Assembly: GCA_048882485.1 (NCBI GenBank)
Contig: JBHLRP010000002.1
Span: forward strand, 38,527 to 102,526
Reading direction: 5' to 3'
Source of the DNA: Candidatus Thorarchaeota archaeon
GTDB lineage: Archaea > Asgardarchaeota > Thorarchaeia > Thorarchaeales > Thorarchaeaceae
Length of the DNA: 64,000 nt
Shown: in pieces, positions 9,579 through 18,772 of the stretch
How positions within the stretch are numbered: position 1 is the stretch's first letter
How the letters are laid out: every line of letters starts with the position of its first letter
The notes under the pieces: generated by a model
The model's input: only the letters and a program-made list of their open reading frames with translations
Told to the model about the DNA's origin: nothing
The model's database searches: none
Program-made: the position numbers and the translations under genes

Positions 9579-9660
9579 GCGAATCCCATTCTTCTTCTGT
9601 CACCGCCAATGACGGCAGGTTTTAAAGGCAAGCCCAAGTCGGCAATCCAAGGCGAGCGAA

Positions 9661-10101
9661 ATGTCGACTGCAAGGAAAGCGGTAGATAGCACACTACGGA
9701 GAATCCTGGTCTATACAGCTGAAATCATCATGTCCATTATCCTGCTAGTGGTAATTTGCATTCCCCTATCTTTTGGAATTCCAATATGGTTCCAGTCTGT
9801 TGTCCTTGGAGCCGCAGGTAATGAGCTAGTAATCAACCCTGTTGCGTGGTTTGGTACCAGTGGTGCTTTCTGGGTAACACTTGCACTATCATTGGTAAGC
9901 ATATTCATTGGCTATTTCTATGTCAACCGACTTATCCCCTCTACTGATATAGATGAGGACGAAGAGGAGGAAGAAGAGGAGGAAGAGGTTGATGAAACAG
10001 AGCCCGAGGAGGAAGAGGACGCAGACAAGGAAGAAGAAGAGGAATTTGAAGAAACCACTGATGAAGTCGCCTCTGATTCCGAAGAGGAAGAGCTTGATTA
10101 G
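9661..10101 (+). CDS. Small 2-TM membrane protein with Glu/Asp-rich C-terminal tail
   Basis: Two hydrophobic segments, then about 50 mostly acidic residues. Confidence 0.8.
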   Translation: MSTARKAVDSTLRRILVYTAEIIMSIILLVVICIPLSFGIPIWFQSVVLGAAGNELVINPVAWFGTSGAFWVTLALSLVSIFIGYFYVNRLIPSTDIDEDEEEEEEEEEVDETEPEEEEDADKEEEEEFEETTDEVASDSEEEELD

Positions 10102-10111
10102 ATTTGACCTT

Positions 10112-10927
10112 TCATAATTCGCCCCTAAAGAGTGCAAGTATCTCATTTGCTGTAGCTTCATCTGATGCTGCTACAAAGCTCATCATCTGATCTGCCACAA
10201 GGGGGAGATTGAGCCTCCTACCATCCGCTTCAGCCACATAGCCACCCGCTTCAAATACCATGTGTATACCTGATACGTGGACAATTGGGAGCATGCCTCT
10301 CAAATCCACCATCGCATCGAGAGCGCCCGATGCCAACCAACATAAATCTAGTAGATTGCTCGCAGACCGTCTTATATCATGGACTCCCCGTATCACCCTC
10401 ATGGAACTCATCAAGAATGATTCATCGCCTGATTTCTTTGTATCATAAGAAATGATGGCTCTTTCCAACGGTATTGAGTCTGCGACCTTTACGGTTTTTC
10501 CGTTTCTTCTGACTCCTTGCCCCTTCTCAGCAATGAAGGTTTCATCTGAGAAGACGGACGCAATAATGCTAATCTCAGCATCATCAGTTGTCATCTTCTC
10601 CGAAAAGCGGACTGCAGATATGCCAATGGAGCAAATGGGCAAACCTCTCTTGATGTTAGCTGAACCATCTATTGGATCAATGACTGCAACGTATTCTGGT
10701 CTATCTTGGGGTATAATGAGACCTTGCTCTTCACTAAGAATCATCATTGGAGTATCTACATGTTGAATGACTTCGAGAATTGCATCTTCAGCTTTCAAAT
10801 CCAGAAGCAGTATCTTGTCCCCGTATTGATTGGTTTCACCTGTTAGCTTAGGTGATTCTGCAAGGTTGTTCAGTATCACGTCTTTTGCAGCATCTACAGC
10901 CTTGGCAAGGTCTCTTGTTAGTGTCAT
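10112..10927 (-). CDS. Inositol monophosphatase/FBPase family protein
   Basis: DLKAE, LSEEQG, IDPIDGSAN, LCWLASGALDA. Confidence 0.9.
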   Translation of the reverse strand: MTLTRDLAKAVDAAKDVILNNLAESPKLTGETNQYGDKILLLDLKAEDAILEVIQHVDTPMMILSEEQGLIIPQDRPEYVAVIDPIDGSANIKRGLPICSIGISAVRFSEKMTTDDAEISIIASVFSDETFIAEKGQGVRRNGKTVKVADSIPLERAIISYDTKKSGDESFLMSSMRVIRGVHDIRRSASNLLDLCWLASGALDAMVDLRGMLPIVHVSGIHMVFEAGGYVAEADGRRLNLPLVADQMMSFVAASDEATANEILALFRGEL

Positions 10928-11081
10928 GAATTGAGCCTCATCTCAATTCCAAGCAAACGGCTCTAAAACCCTATTGTCTTGGAGAGACATGTATCTTGGA
11001 TGTCAGGGACTGTATTCCAATCGTTTAAATGGGCAAAGTGATGACATCACAACAGAACAAGGCCTATCCTCGGTGGACGTT

Positions 11082-11747
11082 ATGGGCTTCCTAAGTGGAA
11101 AGAAAAAGGTAGATGCCGAACGAGGCATGCTCGAAATCAAGGGTACTATGAATGCTCTGACTTTGCGAATTAGAAGATTAGATACACGAAGAGCAGAGGA
11201 GCAGAAGAAGGCCAAGGAGGCTATGTCGCAAGGAGATCGCGATACTGCCCGTTCACACCTTTCAATCGTTGTTGAATTGGAGAGTAGACGCGGACGATAC
11301 CAGCAACAGTATCTGACGCTTGAAACCGCGCTCCTTAACATAGAGGAGGCAAAGGATCAGGCTGAAGTATTGAGGGCATTCACCATTGCAAACGACGCCC
11401 TGACAGATGCCCGGGCAATGCTGAGCCCAACAGAGATACAGATGCAGCTAGATAAGCTCTCTGAGTCGTTTGAGCATATCACTATTGCTGGAGAGCTGCT
11501 TTCTGAAGATCTCTCGACAGGTGAATCGACCGTAGAGTCTGATGAGCGGATTGAACGGCAGTTAGAGGCTATGGAAGCAGAGGTCCTTCTTGAGAAGGAG
11601 GGAGTTCTTCCTTCCCTACAGACTCCCGCTGCTACAGCTGCAAAACCCGCAGAGCAAGTCAAGTCCGAAGAAAAGAGAATTGATGAACTTCTAGCTGACC
11701 TTGAGAAGGAGGCTCAGGAAGAGCGTGAGCGTGAGGCTCAACGGTGA
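11082..11747 (+). CDS. Snf7-family ESCRT-III protein (Vps20/32/60-like)
   Basis: MGFLSGKKK start, basic helical hairpin (AKEAMSQGDRDTARSHL), LE..LLNIEEA....EVLRAF..AN.AL, acidic C-terminal half, terminal IDELLADLE helix; ATG 11082 preferred. Confidence 0.85.
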   Translation: MGFLSGKKKVDAERGMLEIKGTMNALTLRIRRLDTRRAEEQKKAKEAMSQGDRDTARSHLSIVVELESRRGRYQQQYLTLETALLNIEEAKDQAEVLRAFTIANDALTDARAMLSPTEIQMQLDKLSESFEHITIAGELLSEDLSTGESTVESDERIERQLEAMEAEVLLEKEGVLPSLQTPAATAAKPAEQVKSEEKRIDELLADLEKEAQEEREREAQR

Positions 11748-11781
11748 CATTATTCATTCCCTCCACCGGAGTTATCCCTAG

Positions 11782-12414
11782 ATGGTTGTAAAACTCGTTG
11801 TCTTCGATGTTGATGGGACGCTAACAAGCCATGCATCCATTTGGTGGAGGCTTCACGAGTACTTCAATACAGAAAGGGAAGGCAAGCTCTATTATGACCA
11901 GTATTTTTCCGGTGAGATTTCTTATAATGAATGGGCCTACTTGGATGCAGGCCTTTGGAAAGGTCAATCTCTTGATGAAGTACTGAATCTGGTAAATGCC
12001 ACCAAATTGGTGCCAGGGGCGGCTGAGGTTGTGGCCAATCTCAAGGAGCACGGCATTCATGTTGCTATCCTCTCAGGAGGGTTAGATATCCTTGCCGAGA
12101 ATGTTGCCAAACGTCTTGGAATTGAGTACGTTCTCACCAATCGCTTAATTCACAAGAATGGGATTTTAACCGGGGAAGTTGAGGTTCATGTTGGCTGGGG
12201 TGAAAAAGTGCAAGAGCTGAAGCATATCTGCAATCATTTCAATGTCCCACTCTCAGAAACCGCATTTGTAGGCGACGGTAGGAACGATATCTCTGTCTTT
12301 GGTGTGGTGGGTCTCTCGATTGCGTTCAGGCCTGAGGATGAAGAGGTCGCAGACTCTGCCATGTTGACAATCAAGGAGAACGACCTGCGGTCAATTCTCC
12401 CTCATGTCATATAG
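11782..12414 (+). CDS. Phosphoserine phosphatase-like HAD-IB hydrolase
   Basis: FDVDGTL, ILSGG, FVGDGRND, IAF.P. Confidence 0.85.
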   Translation: MVVKLVVFDVDGTLTSHASIWWRLHEYFNTEREGKLYYDQYFSGEISYNEWAYLDAGLWKGQSLDEVLNLVNATKLVPGAAEVVANLKEHGIHVAILSGGLDILAENVAKRLGIEYVLTNRLIHKNGILTGEVEVHVGWGEKVQELKHICNHFNVPLSETAFVGDGRNDISVFGVVGLSIAFRPEDEEVADSAMLTIKENDLRSILPHVI

Positions 12415-13558
12415 GCGTTCCCCAAATAAGGAGTGCAAATACATACGCTTGTAGCAATATTATCATCATGCCCTCGAATGTATCTAGCTTATGATCATCA
12501 GTTATAGCCTGCTTCAGGAACCATAAGCTGCCTGCAATCACGACTATCTGAAATAGAACGTAGCGATTCATTGGTATTGGCACAAAAACTCCAATGCCCC
12601 CCATAACGAGAAGCAGAATCTGAAGAACCCCTCCCATCAGGTTTCCAACTGCGATGCCAACCTTTCCCCTCATGGCAGCAATGATTGCTATTCCGTGTTC
12701 TGGAATCGCACCTGCGGCACCAAGGATAAGGGCGGCTACTGCTATTGGATTAACCACCGCACTAATCTGAGCATCATATGTCGTAAGCAACAAATCGACA
12801 GATGAAGTGAGTAGTTCACCCGCAAAGAAGATCCCTATGAATCCCATAACGCAGAGGATTGATGCCGTTTTCATCGAGTGATCCGGCTTTGCTATATCTG
12901 CATTCTGAACTTCTTCTCCTCGCATTAAGTCAATAGAATAGAGGATATAGGAGAGGAACAGAATGAGAGACGCCTCCCATGGGAAGAGGAAATCGTCAGT
13001 GCCTCCCAAAAATGTCACATCAACAATTCCCAGCGCAAACATGCTGGCAAGGGCAACAATTGTCCAACGGATGAGAACAGAATCCTTCCTGATAGCCTCC
13101 TCAGGTACTGCCATATCGTCCTTTTTTCGAGTTGAGATTACAATAGTAATCCCGAGTAACAGCATATTGAAACCGCCTGCTATTAGAACTGAGAGTATAG
13201 CTATAGTCAGAAGTTCAGGCCTATTCTGAAAGAAACCATCAAAAGCAGTCATTCCGCTGACAACAGCCTCTGGCATATTGCTGGCAAGACTTGATAGAAG
13301 GCCTGCAATATATGTAGTATATCCTAGGTGGCCAGAAACGCTCTCAACGCCTTCTACTGCCCATTCTGAAGGTCGAAATGCAAGCCAGATTCCTCCTGTG
13401 ATTCCTAGAAAGACGATGTACAATGGATCGGCATGTGTGTATTCAGCCCAGAAGAATGCAACAACTATCAGTATTGCTATCGCAATTTCGAATTTGCCTG
13501 CATGTAAGGAATCTTTGACTCCACGAAAATGAGATTGCTCATTTTCATCTTTGCCCAT
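12407..13558 (-). CDS. Ca2+/cation antiporter (CaCA) family protein
   Basis: About 11 TMs; alpha-repeats SNMPE and GAIPEH, AVGNLMG. Confidence 0.8.
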   Translation of the reverse strand: MGKDENEQSHFRGVKDSLHAGKFEIAIAILIVVAFFWAEYTHADPLYIVFLGITGGIWLAFRPSEWAVEGVESVSGHLGYTTYIAGLLSSLASNMPEAVVSGMTAFDGFFQNRPELLTIAILSVLIAGGFNMLLLGITIVISTRKKDDMAVPEEAIRKDSVLIRWTIVALASMFALGIVDVTFLGGTDDFLFPWEASLILFLSYILYSIDLMRGEEVQNADIAKPDHSMKTASILCVMGFIGIFFAGELLTSSVDLLLTTYDAQISAVVNPIAVAALILGAAGAIPEHGIAIIAAMRGKVGIAVGNLMGGVLQILLLVMGGIGVFVPIPMNRYVLFQIVVIAGSLWFLKQAITDDHKLDTFEGMMIILLQAYVFALLIWGTPI

Positions 13559-13645
13559 TGAACTCAAATGTTATCCTCCGGAGCAAGAAGGGCTCCAATC
13601 TTGTTGGAGACTTGGATTATACCCAATAATACTATGCTATTAACG

Positions 13646-14842
13646 CTATGGCGTGCCTTTGGCTCTTTCAGTTGCTCCTTGCTTCTGTTGATCATAGTAA
13701 TATCTGGCTCCAGAGCCAGTATTCAAAAGCACAACCTCTTCATCAAAATCAATCTCTCCCATCTCTATGAGATTCCGAACGCCTGCAAGTCCTACAGCTG
13801 CTTCCGGACAAAAGTCCATTCCTTCCATTCGGGCCGCAATTCTATGGCAAGGTTCAATTTCCTGCTCGGCCACAGCTACAGCGCCACCTCCTGACTGGCG
13901 AATTGCAGCAAGAATCAGTCTTCCGGCAAAAGGACTTGGCACCCTCAGCCCTAGTGCTTCGGTTTCACTATTAAGCCATGGTTGAATTTCATCACTCCCC
14001 TGTTCAACAGCCCTAACGATTGGTGCACATCCTGCACTCTGAGCGGCATACATTCTGGGTCTACTGCTTTCTATTAGACCCAATGCCTCCAATTCATCAA
14101 AGCCCTTCCAAATGCCAATAAGAGCTGTGCCACCTCCCGTTGGGCAGATTATGGCATCAGGAACTCTCCATCCAAGCTGTTCTGCAATTTCGAAGGCAAG
14201 AGTCTTCTTGCCCTCCACTCTATAGGGCTCTTTCGTGGTTGAGAGATCTGTCCATTCTCCTCCTGTTTTCTTCATGATTTTGGCGCAATCAGTAATATTG
14301 CCCTCAACATGAACAGTTTCAGCACCGTAGGCAACACAATCTTGGAAAAAGGGCTCAGGTGTGTCTGAAGGCATGAAGATGTGGCATTCAGCTCCTCCTG
14401 CAGCACTATAGGCGCTTGCGGACACTGCTGCATTCCCCGCTGATGGCAACGCAAATGATGTAGAGCCAAGCTCCATATGCTTGGACACTGCGACACTCAG
14501 GCCACGGTCTTTGAAAGAACCAGTTGGATTCTGAGCCTCATCCTTTATGCTAAGAAACCTTAGGCCTAGATGTTTTCCGAGACGTCGCGTATTGATGAGT
14601 GGGGTCCAACCTTCTCCTAAGCTGAAAATATAGGATGGTGATTTGACAGGCAAAAGTTGAGAATATCTCCACATTGAATTGACTTTTGTTGGAAATTGCT
14701 CTCTTTGAATATCCTCGATTACACTGAATAGATCATAAACAGCAAAGAGAGGTGAACCGCACACACAGAAAGTTGCATGCGCCTCAGCCGAATGACTTCT
14801 GCTACACTGTGGACATTCCAAGTGGAGAAGGTGAGATATCAT
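13646..14842 (-). CDS. thrC: Threonine synthase (PLP)
   Basis: N-terminal CxxC/CxC, SLGEGWTPL, NPTGSFKDRG, SAGNAA, EGKKT, PTGGG, NTGSG. Confidence 0.88.
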   Translation of the reverse strand: MISHLLHLECPQCSRSHSAEAHATFCVCGSPLFAVYDLFSVIEDIQREQFPTKVNSMWRYSQLLPVKSPSYIFSLGEGWTPLINTRRLGKHLGLRFLSIKDEAQNPTGSFKDRGLSVAVSKHMELGSTSFALPSAGNAAVSASAYSAAGGAECHIFMPSDTPEPFFQDCVAYGAETVHVEGNITDCAKIMKKTGGEWTDLSTTKEPYRVEGKKTLAFEIAEQLGWRVPDAIICPTGGGTALIGIWKGFDELEALGLIESSRPRMYAAQSAGCAPIVRAVEQGSDEIQPWLNSETEALGLRVPSPFAGRLILAAIRQSGGGAVAVAEQEIEPCHRIAARMEGMDFCPEAAVGLAGVRNLIEMGEIDFDEEVVLLNTGSGARYYYDQQKQGATERAKGTP

Positions 14843-14916
14843 AATTACTCCCACACTTACATAGACGCGCACCCTTATTTGAGTGTGTTACTTTTTCTGC
14901 GTGGGATGAACCTCAC

Positions 14917-16110
14917 TTGGGCGAACTGAAACGGTCTGTGTTGCCATTCACATCAATAGTTGGACTAGCCAACCTGAAACTAGCTCTGATTCTAAATGGA
15001 GTAAATCCACAGATTGGTGGAGTTCTGATATCTGGGCCCAAAGGAACTGGAAAAACCACCGTGGTTAGGGCGCTAGCCGACCTTCTACCTGAAGTTGATG
15101 TTGTAGAAGGATGTCGATTTGGGTGCAATCCTCATCGTGAGGAGTATCTATGTCAGGATTGCATTGAACTATTAGCCAGCAATAAGACTCTGAAGAGCGT
15201 TACAAGGAAGATGCGTGTGGTAAACCTCCCACTCTCCACAACAGAAGATCGATTAATTGGGGCACTTGATATTGAGCGCGTCCTTCAGGATGGTATTCAA
15301 GCTCTGAAACCCGGAATCCTAGCTGAAGCGCATCAGAATGTGCTGTATGTCGATGAGGTGAACCTTCTCCCCGACCATCTAGTAGATGACTTGTTGGATG
15401 CGGCTGCAACCAAAATCAATGTTATAGAACGAGAAGGAATCTCCATTGCCCATCCTTCTGATTTCGTTCTGATAGGCACAATGAATCCGGAGGAAGGGGA
15501 ACTTAGACCTCAGCTTTTGGACCGATTTCCGCTCCACGTCGCAGTAGGTGCTGATCATACCGTAGAGGAACGCATGCAATTAGTTAGAAGGAACCTAGCA
15601 TTTGAGAGTAATCCTGAGCAGTTTGAGGAAGATTGGTCCCAAAGTCAGTCAGAGCTAAGAGAGAAGATAATCAATGCAAAAGCGATACTCCATGAAGTTT
15701 ACCTCTCAGACCACAGTCTTCGAGCGATTGCTATAGCTACAGATGCACTCGAAGTGGATGGTGTCCGACCGGATATTATCATCAGTAAGGCTGCTATAAC
15801 AAACGCGGCTTACGAAGGCCGCACTGAGGCTACACTGGAAGATATGAAGCTAGCCGCTCAGCTTACATTGAGTCATAGGACTCGGAGAGGCGGCCTTTTG
15901 GAGCCGCCCTCATCAAATGATATTGATATGGCAATAACAAAGGCCGCAGAGATAGCCAAGAAGAGGGACAAACAAGCTTCGCCTACCGAAGTCCCATCAT
16001 CAGAAGAAGATAAGTCTGGCAAACGTAGTAGTGGGGGTCGGTTTAGTCGAGGCGATAGGTTCGCTACTGGCGGCCGGCAGGAAGGTCAAAAAAAAAAGCT
16101 AAAGGTGTAA
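14917..16110 (+). CDS. Mg/Co chelatase subunit I-like AAA+ ATPase (0-frame product of a frameshifted chlD-like gene)
   Basis: PFTSIVG, GPKGTGKTT, TEDRLIG, LYVDEVNLL, EREGIS, GTMNPEEGELRPQLLDRF. Confidence 0.92.
   Translation: MGELKRSVLPFTSIVGLANLKLALILNGVNPQIGGVLISGPKGTGKTTVVRALADLLPEVDVVEGCRFGCNPHREEYLCQDCIELLASNKTLKSVTRKMRVVNLPLSTTEDRLIGALDIERVLQDGIQALKPGILAEAHQNVLYVDEVNLLPDHLVDDLLDAAATKINVIEREGISIAHPSDFVLIGTMNPEEGELRPQLLDRFPLHVAVGADHTVEERMQLVRRNLAFESNPEQFEEDWSQSQSELREKIINAKAILHEVYLSDHSLRAIAIATDALEVDGVRPDIIISKAAITNAAYEGRTEATLEDMKLAAQLTLSHRTRRGGLLEPPSSNDIDMAITKAAEIAKKRDKQASPTEVPSSEEDKSGKRSSGGRFSRGDRFATGGRQEGQKKKLKV
16088..16098 (+). other. A10G slippery site (A_AAA_AAG); candidate programmed -1 frameshift/transcriptional slippage site
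   Basis: CAA AAA AAA AAG lies four codons before TAA; the -1 frame is open from the A-run into ORF 16155..17585. Confidence 0.75.
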
Positions 16111-16154
16111 GAAATCCCCAGGGAGATCCAATCAAGGGTACAATCTGTGCCATA

Positions 16155-17585
16155 ATGATGATTGTTGTCTTTGCTTACTTTGCATGGATTTACTGGTCAC
16201 CCATCAATCTTCTTTTTGGTCTCTTCCCCGGTGAGTTTCCAACTTTGCCTGTGATTATAGTTGACACTATCGTGTTTGCGCCAATTATCTACAACCTCGT
16301 CAGAAAATGGCTCAGCATCATGACAAGGCGTCAGAGCGGACCAGCAGCAGGCATTGATACAGTCGATGGAGGATTGGGAGTTCCAGAACCTGGAGATGAA
16401 TGGGGAGTTGCCACAAGACCCTATAGTGCCAAGAAGGAAACCACAGTCATCGGTTCAAAGTCAGAGGTCAGAGAGCCTCTTGGTATCGATGCAGGCTTCT
16501 TCATCAAGCTCCCGGACCTGGATACTGGAGAGGTGTTATTTGATATTGAGTATCTTCAGAGCAGGACAATGAGGAAGTCGGTTGTGTCTTCCGGCGGATG
16601 GATTCAGAAACGAGTAAGCTCCCGCTCTATGGGCTCTCTAAAGACGTCGGACTCAAGTCAATACGGACGGCCCGTTAGGTCACGGAAACCTAGAGGTGAC
16701 GTGAGGAGCATCAACATTCCCGCCACAATTATGGCTTCAATTTCACGAATGGGAAAGCTTCATCACACTCAGAGAATCGAAATCTCAGAGGAAGACATCA
16801 GAGAGTCTGTATTTAGTGGGAGAACGCCTCTAACAGTGTTGCTTGTCATTGATGTGAGTATGTCAATGAAGGGATCAATGAGGGAAGTACGTGACATCCT
16901 TGAAGCAATTGAGCGCGAAACAAGAGGTTCAAAGGATCGAACTGGGATTATCGCATTCAAGGACAGCGGAGCTATTGAAGTTCAAGCCCCCACAAGCAAC
17001 TGGAACAAGATCTATAGGGCTCTTGGCAAGCTGCGCGTATCAGGCTTGACTCCTCTTGCAGAAGCCTTAATGAAAGCATTAGAAACTGTCCGTAGAGAGA
17101 GAATGAGAAATAGGGACATTGAACCATTGATTGTCTTGATATCTGACTTCGCACCCAACATACCCTTGGCACAATCCGTGGGCCCTGGTCATGCTAAATA
17201 CACTCCCATTAGAGATCTTGTCAAGGCCGCCCGTCTTATCCGAAAAGCAAAGGTCCGAATTGCAGCTGTTGATGTGAACCCAGAGCATGTAAATTGGTCC
17301 AAGTTTTTGCGGCGTCCGTATTATGAGGCCTTGGAGCTGGCAGCCAATCTTAGAATGAAAAAAGAGGGGCACAATGATCCAGTAGAAACGGTTCTTGAGG
17401 TGCCGGAATTTAGAAAGACATTTGGTGCCTTCTTAGTGGCTCGTACCGGAGGTGGTAGGGCGTTTCTGTGGAAAGAACTGCTGCAAGAGCGGTCGATTAT
17501 TGGAGAATTTTTGCGCGGTAGCACGATCAAATCACGTATCAGGTCAGAGGATCTCCGAGAGGCGGAAGCATATCTTCCAGACTAG
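16155..17585 (+). CDS. ChlD C-terminal-like VWA domain protein with N-terminal TM hairpin (probably translated as a -1 frameshift extension of 14917)
   Basis: GRPVRSR....SINIPATI, DIRE.VF, VIDVSMSM (MIDAS), IAFK, PT, GLTPLAEAL, VLISD. Confidence 0.85.
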   Translation: MMIVVFAYFAWIYWSPINLLFGLFPGEFPTLPVIIVDTIVFAPIIYNLVRKWLSIMTRRQSGPAAGIDTVDGGLGVPEPGDEWGVATRPYSAKKETTVIGSKSEVREPLGIDAGFFIKLPDLDTGEVLFDIEYLQSRTMRKSVVSSGGWIQKRVSSRSMGSLKTSDSSQYGRPVRSRKPRGDVRSINIPATIMASISRMGKLHHTQRIEISEEDIRESVFSGRTPLTVLLVIDVSMSMKGSMREVRDILEAIERETRGSKDRTGIIAFKDSGAIEVQAPTSNWNKIYRALGKLRVSGLTPLAEALMKALETVRRERMRNRDIEPLIVLISDFAPNIPLAQSVGPGHAKYTPIRDLVKAARLIRKAKVRIAAVDVNPEHVNWSKFLRRPYYEALELAANLRMKKEGHNDPVETVLEVPEFRKTFGAFLVARTGGGRAFLWKELLQERSIIGEFLRGSTIKSRIRSEDLREAEAYLPD

Positions 17586-17761
17586 CACCTCTCGATTAGT
17601 TTATACCGATACCACTCCCTTCATGTGTTGCGCATCTAGTCTGAGACAAGTCTGTTGTCATAGTGAGTTAGGAGAGCCCCGAATGGGGTTTCGATGAATT
17701 TCCTTTTCATGCAATAGGCACAGGACTGATGCGCACCTTGACTGCAGAGGAGTATTTGATA

Positions 17762-18772
17762 TTGCTACCAGGGAAAGTCCCTCCGGATGTATTGGGTCGG
17801 ATTGTCTTCTCTCATCTTGGCAAGACGGACAAGGATCTCATTCTTGGTCCCGGCATTGGTGAGGATGCTTCATTGATTCGTGTAGGCAATTCAGTTATTG
17901 TCGCAGCGACTGATCCAATCACTGGATCGGTTGAAGACATAGGATGGCTCGCAGTCCATATCAATGCAAATGATATAGCAACTTTTGGAGTTCAACCTCG
18001 TTGGTTTTTGGCATCAATAATGCTACCATCTGGATTTCAAGAGCCTGACTTAGAACGCATAATGACACAAATCCATGAGGCAGCAATGTCACTTGACATC
18101 TCCGTGGCTGGTGGGCACACCGAGATAACTGAAGGTATCGACAGGCCAATTATTGCTGGCTTTATGATGGGAATGACAACTGAAAATGGATACGTGACAT
18201 CTGCAGGTGCAAAACCTGGAAATACTATAATAATGACAAAGACAGCCGCAATCGAAGGTACAGCAATCCTTGCAGCCGAAGGCGCACCTCATCTCTCCAA
18301 GATGCTAGGTGAAAAGACAGTCGATGATGCTCTCAGTCTTCGAAGTCAGATTAGTGTTGTAGAGGATGGTATCGTCGCATTTGAAACAGGGCATATCACA
18401 TCAATGCATGATCCAACCGAGGGTGGTCTAATAGGGGGGCTGCATGAGATTTGTGATGCGAGTAATGTTGGATTTGAGATTGATTTGGATTCTATCCCGA
18501 TACATGATGCCACCAAATCTATCTGTGAACTTCTGTCAATCAATATACTTGAGCTAATCAGTAGTGGAAGCATGTTGATGACATGTATGCCCGAAGGTGC
18601 TGATTTGGTGACCGCAGCCTTGGAGGACAATGGGATCAAAGCAACCGTCCTCGGAACTGTTTCCTCAGATGCCTCCGTAAGAAAGGGTGTAAGGAACGGA
18701 GAGTCAATTCAAATTCCCCGTCCGAGCAACGATGCTATCTGGGAGGCTCTCAAGAAACTCAATCAGACATGA
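17762..18772 (+). CDS. AIR synthase-related/HypE-like protein
   Basis: GPGIGED, TDPITG, NANDIA, GGHTE, MHDPTEGG; TTG 17762 after gaggag SD. Confidence 0.85.
   Translation: MLPGKVPPDVLGRIVFSHLGKTDKDLILGPGIGEDASLIRVGNSVIVAATDPITGSVEDIGWLAVHINANDIATFGVQPRWFLASIMLPSGFQEPDLERIMTQIHEAAMSLDISVAGGHTEITEGIDRPIIAGFMMGMTTENGYVTSAGAKPGNTIIMTKTAAIEGTAILAAEGAPHLSKMLGEKTVDDALSLRSQISVVEDGIVAFETGHITSMHDPTEGGLIGGLHEICDASNVGFEIDLDSIPIHDATKSICELLSINILELISSGSMLMTCMPEGADLVTAALEDNGIKATVLGTVSSDASVRKGVRNGESIQIPRPSNDAIWEALKKLNQT

Noticed and set aside
14917-17585. Pseudogene, or chlorophyll Mg-chelatase
   Set aside because: Both halves have intact motifs, the break sits on a canonical slippery run, and there is no chlH/bch context
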